The notes beneath the pieces were generated by a model, which searched no databases, was not told where the DNA came from, and saw nothing but the letters and a program-made list of their open reading frames with translations. From a virus, in IMG/VR virus record IMGVR_UViG_3300045988_088938, positions 1-13,459 of that record: a stretch of DNA of 13,459 nucleotides. One strand, 5' to 3'. The first letter of the stretch is position 1. Every line of letters begins with the position of its first letter. A program made the position numbers and the translations under genes. Positions 13,408-13,459 of the stretch are shown here, one piece after another.

Positions 13408-13459
13408 GTTTCACACTTCCTTCACAAACTCGCGCTCGCAGATAGTCCCAATAGCACTT
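13405..13459. repeat. Right inverted terminal repeat (55 bp)
   Basis: Exact reverse complement of nt 1-55, checked base by base. The ATG of the 82-aa terminal ORF (13405-13407, - strand) is the innermost triplet of the repeat. Confidence 0.95.

Larger units (their letters stand above)
1..13459. mobile_element. Complete linear dsDNA phage genome (phi29-like protein-primed podovirus) bounded by inverted terminal repeats
   Basis: A perfect 55-bp ITR sits at the two window ends. The interior encodes a protein-primed type B polymerase, a candidate terminal protein, a gp16-like ATPase, portal, capsid, tail knob, collar and tailspike. Genes are tightly packed with overlapping stop/start codons. Confidence 0.85.

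Noticed and set aside
1-13459. tRNA genes, CRISPR arrays, integrase/repressor lysogeny module, IS elements
   Set aside because: I found no cloverleaf-like sequences, no repeat-spacer arrays, and no tyrosine or serine recombinase motifs in any frame. The only repeats are the ITR and the 9-bp coding tandem repeat.

Overview
The window reads as a complete linear genome of a very small phi29-like, protein-primed podovirus. Nt 1-55 are the exact reverse complement of nt 13405-13459, a perfect 55-bp inverted terminal repeat (ITR), and the content between is a full minimal set for this virus type. The + strand arm (110-8884) carries small terminal ORFs, a consensus-like promoter, an apparently non-coding structured segment, then a tightly packed morphogenesis operon. 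That operon encodes a YvrJ-like small membrane protein, a Pro/Ala-repeat scaffold-like protein, major capsid, tail knob, M23 peptidase, portal (upper collar), lower collar and a beta-helix tailspike. The - strand arm (13407 down to 8920) carries a small terminal ORF, a candidate terminal protein, a family-B protein-primed DNA polymerase, a phi29 p5-like SSB, a strong hairpin terminator, then the gp16-like packaging ATPase. The two arms converge on a shared bidirectional terminator at about 8889-8925. Strong GGAGGTGA-type Shine-Dalgarno sequences and the YvrJ-like protein suggest a Gram-positive (Bacillota) host. I found no tRNA, CRISPR array, integrase or repressor, and no recognisable holin/endolysin cassette. 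All homology calls rest on motifs recognised by eye against remembered phi29 proteins, not on database searches. The observations most worth follow-up are: (1) the genome's size and architecture; (2) an SD and ATG embedded in the ITR, with diverged paralogous genes facing inward from both ends; (3) an ~80-nt three-way-junction RNA candidate behind a strong promoter, possibly a pRNA analogue; (4) the packaging ATPase placed on the replication-gene strand behind a terminator.
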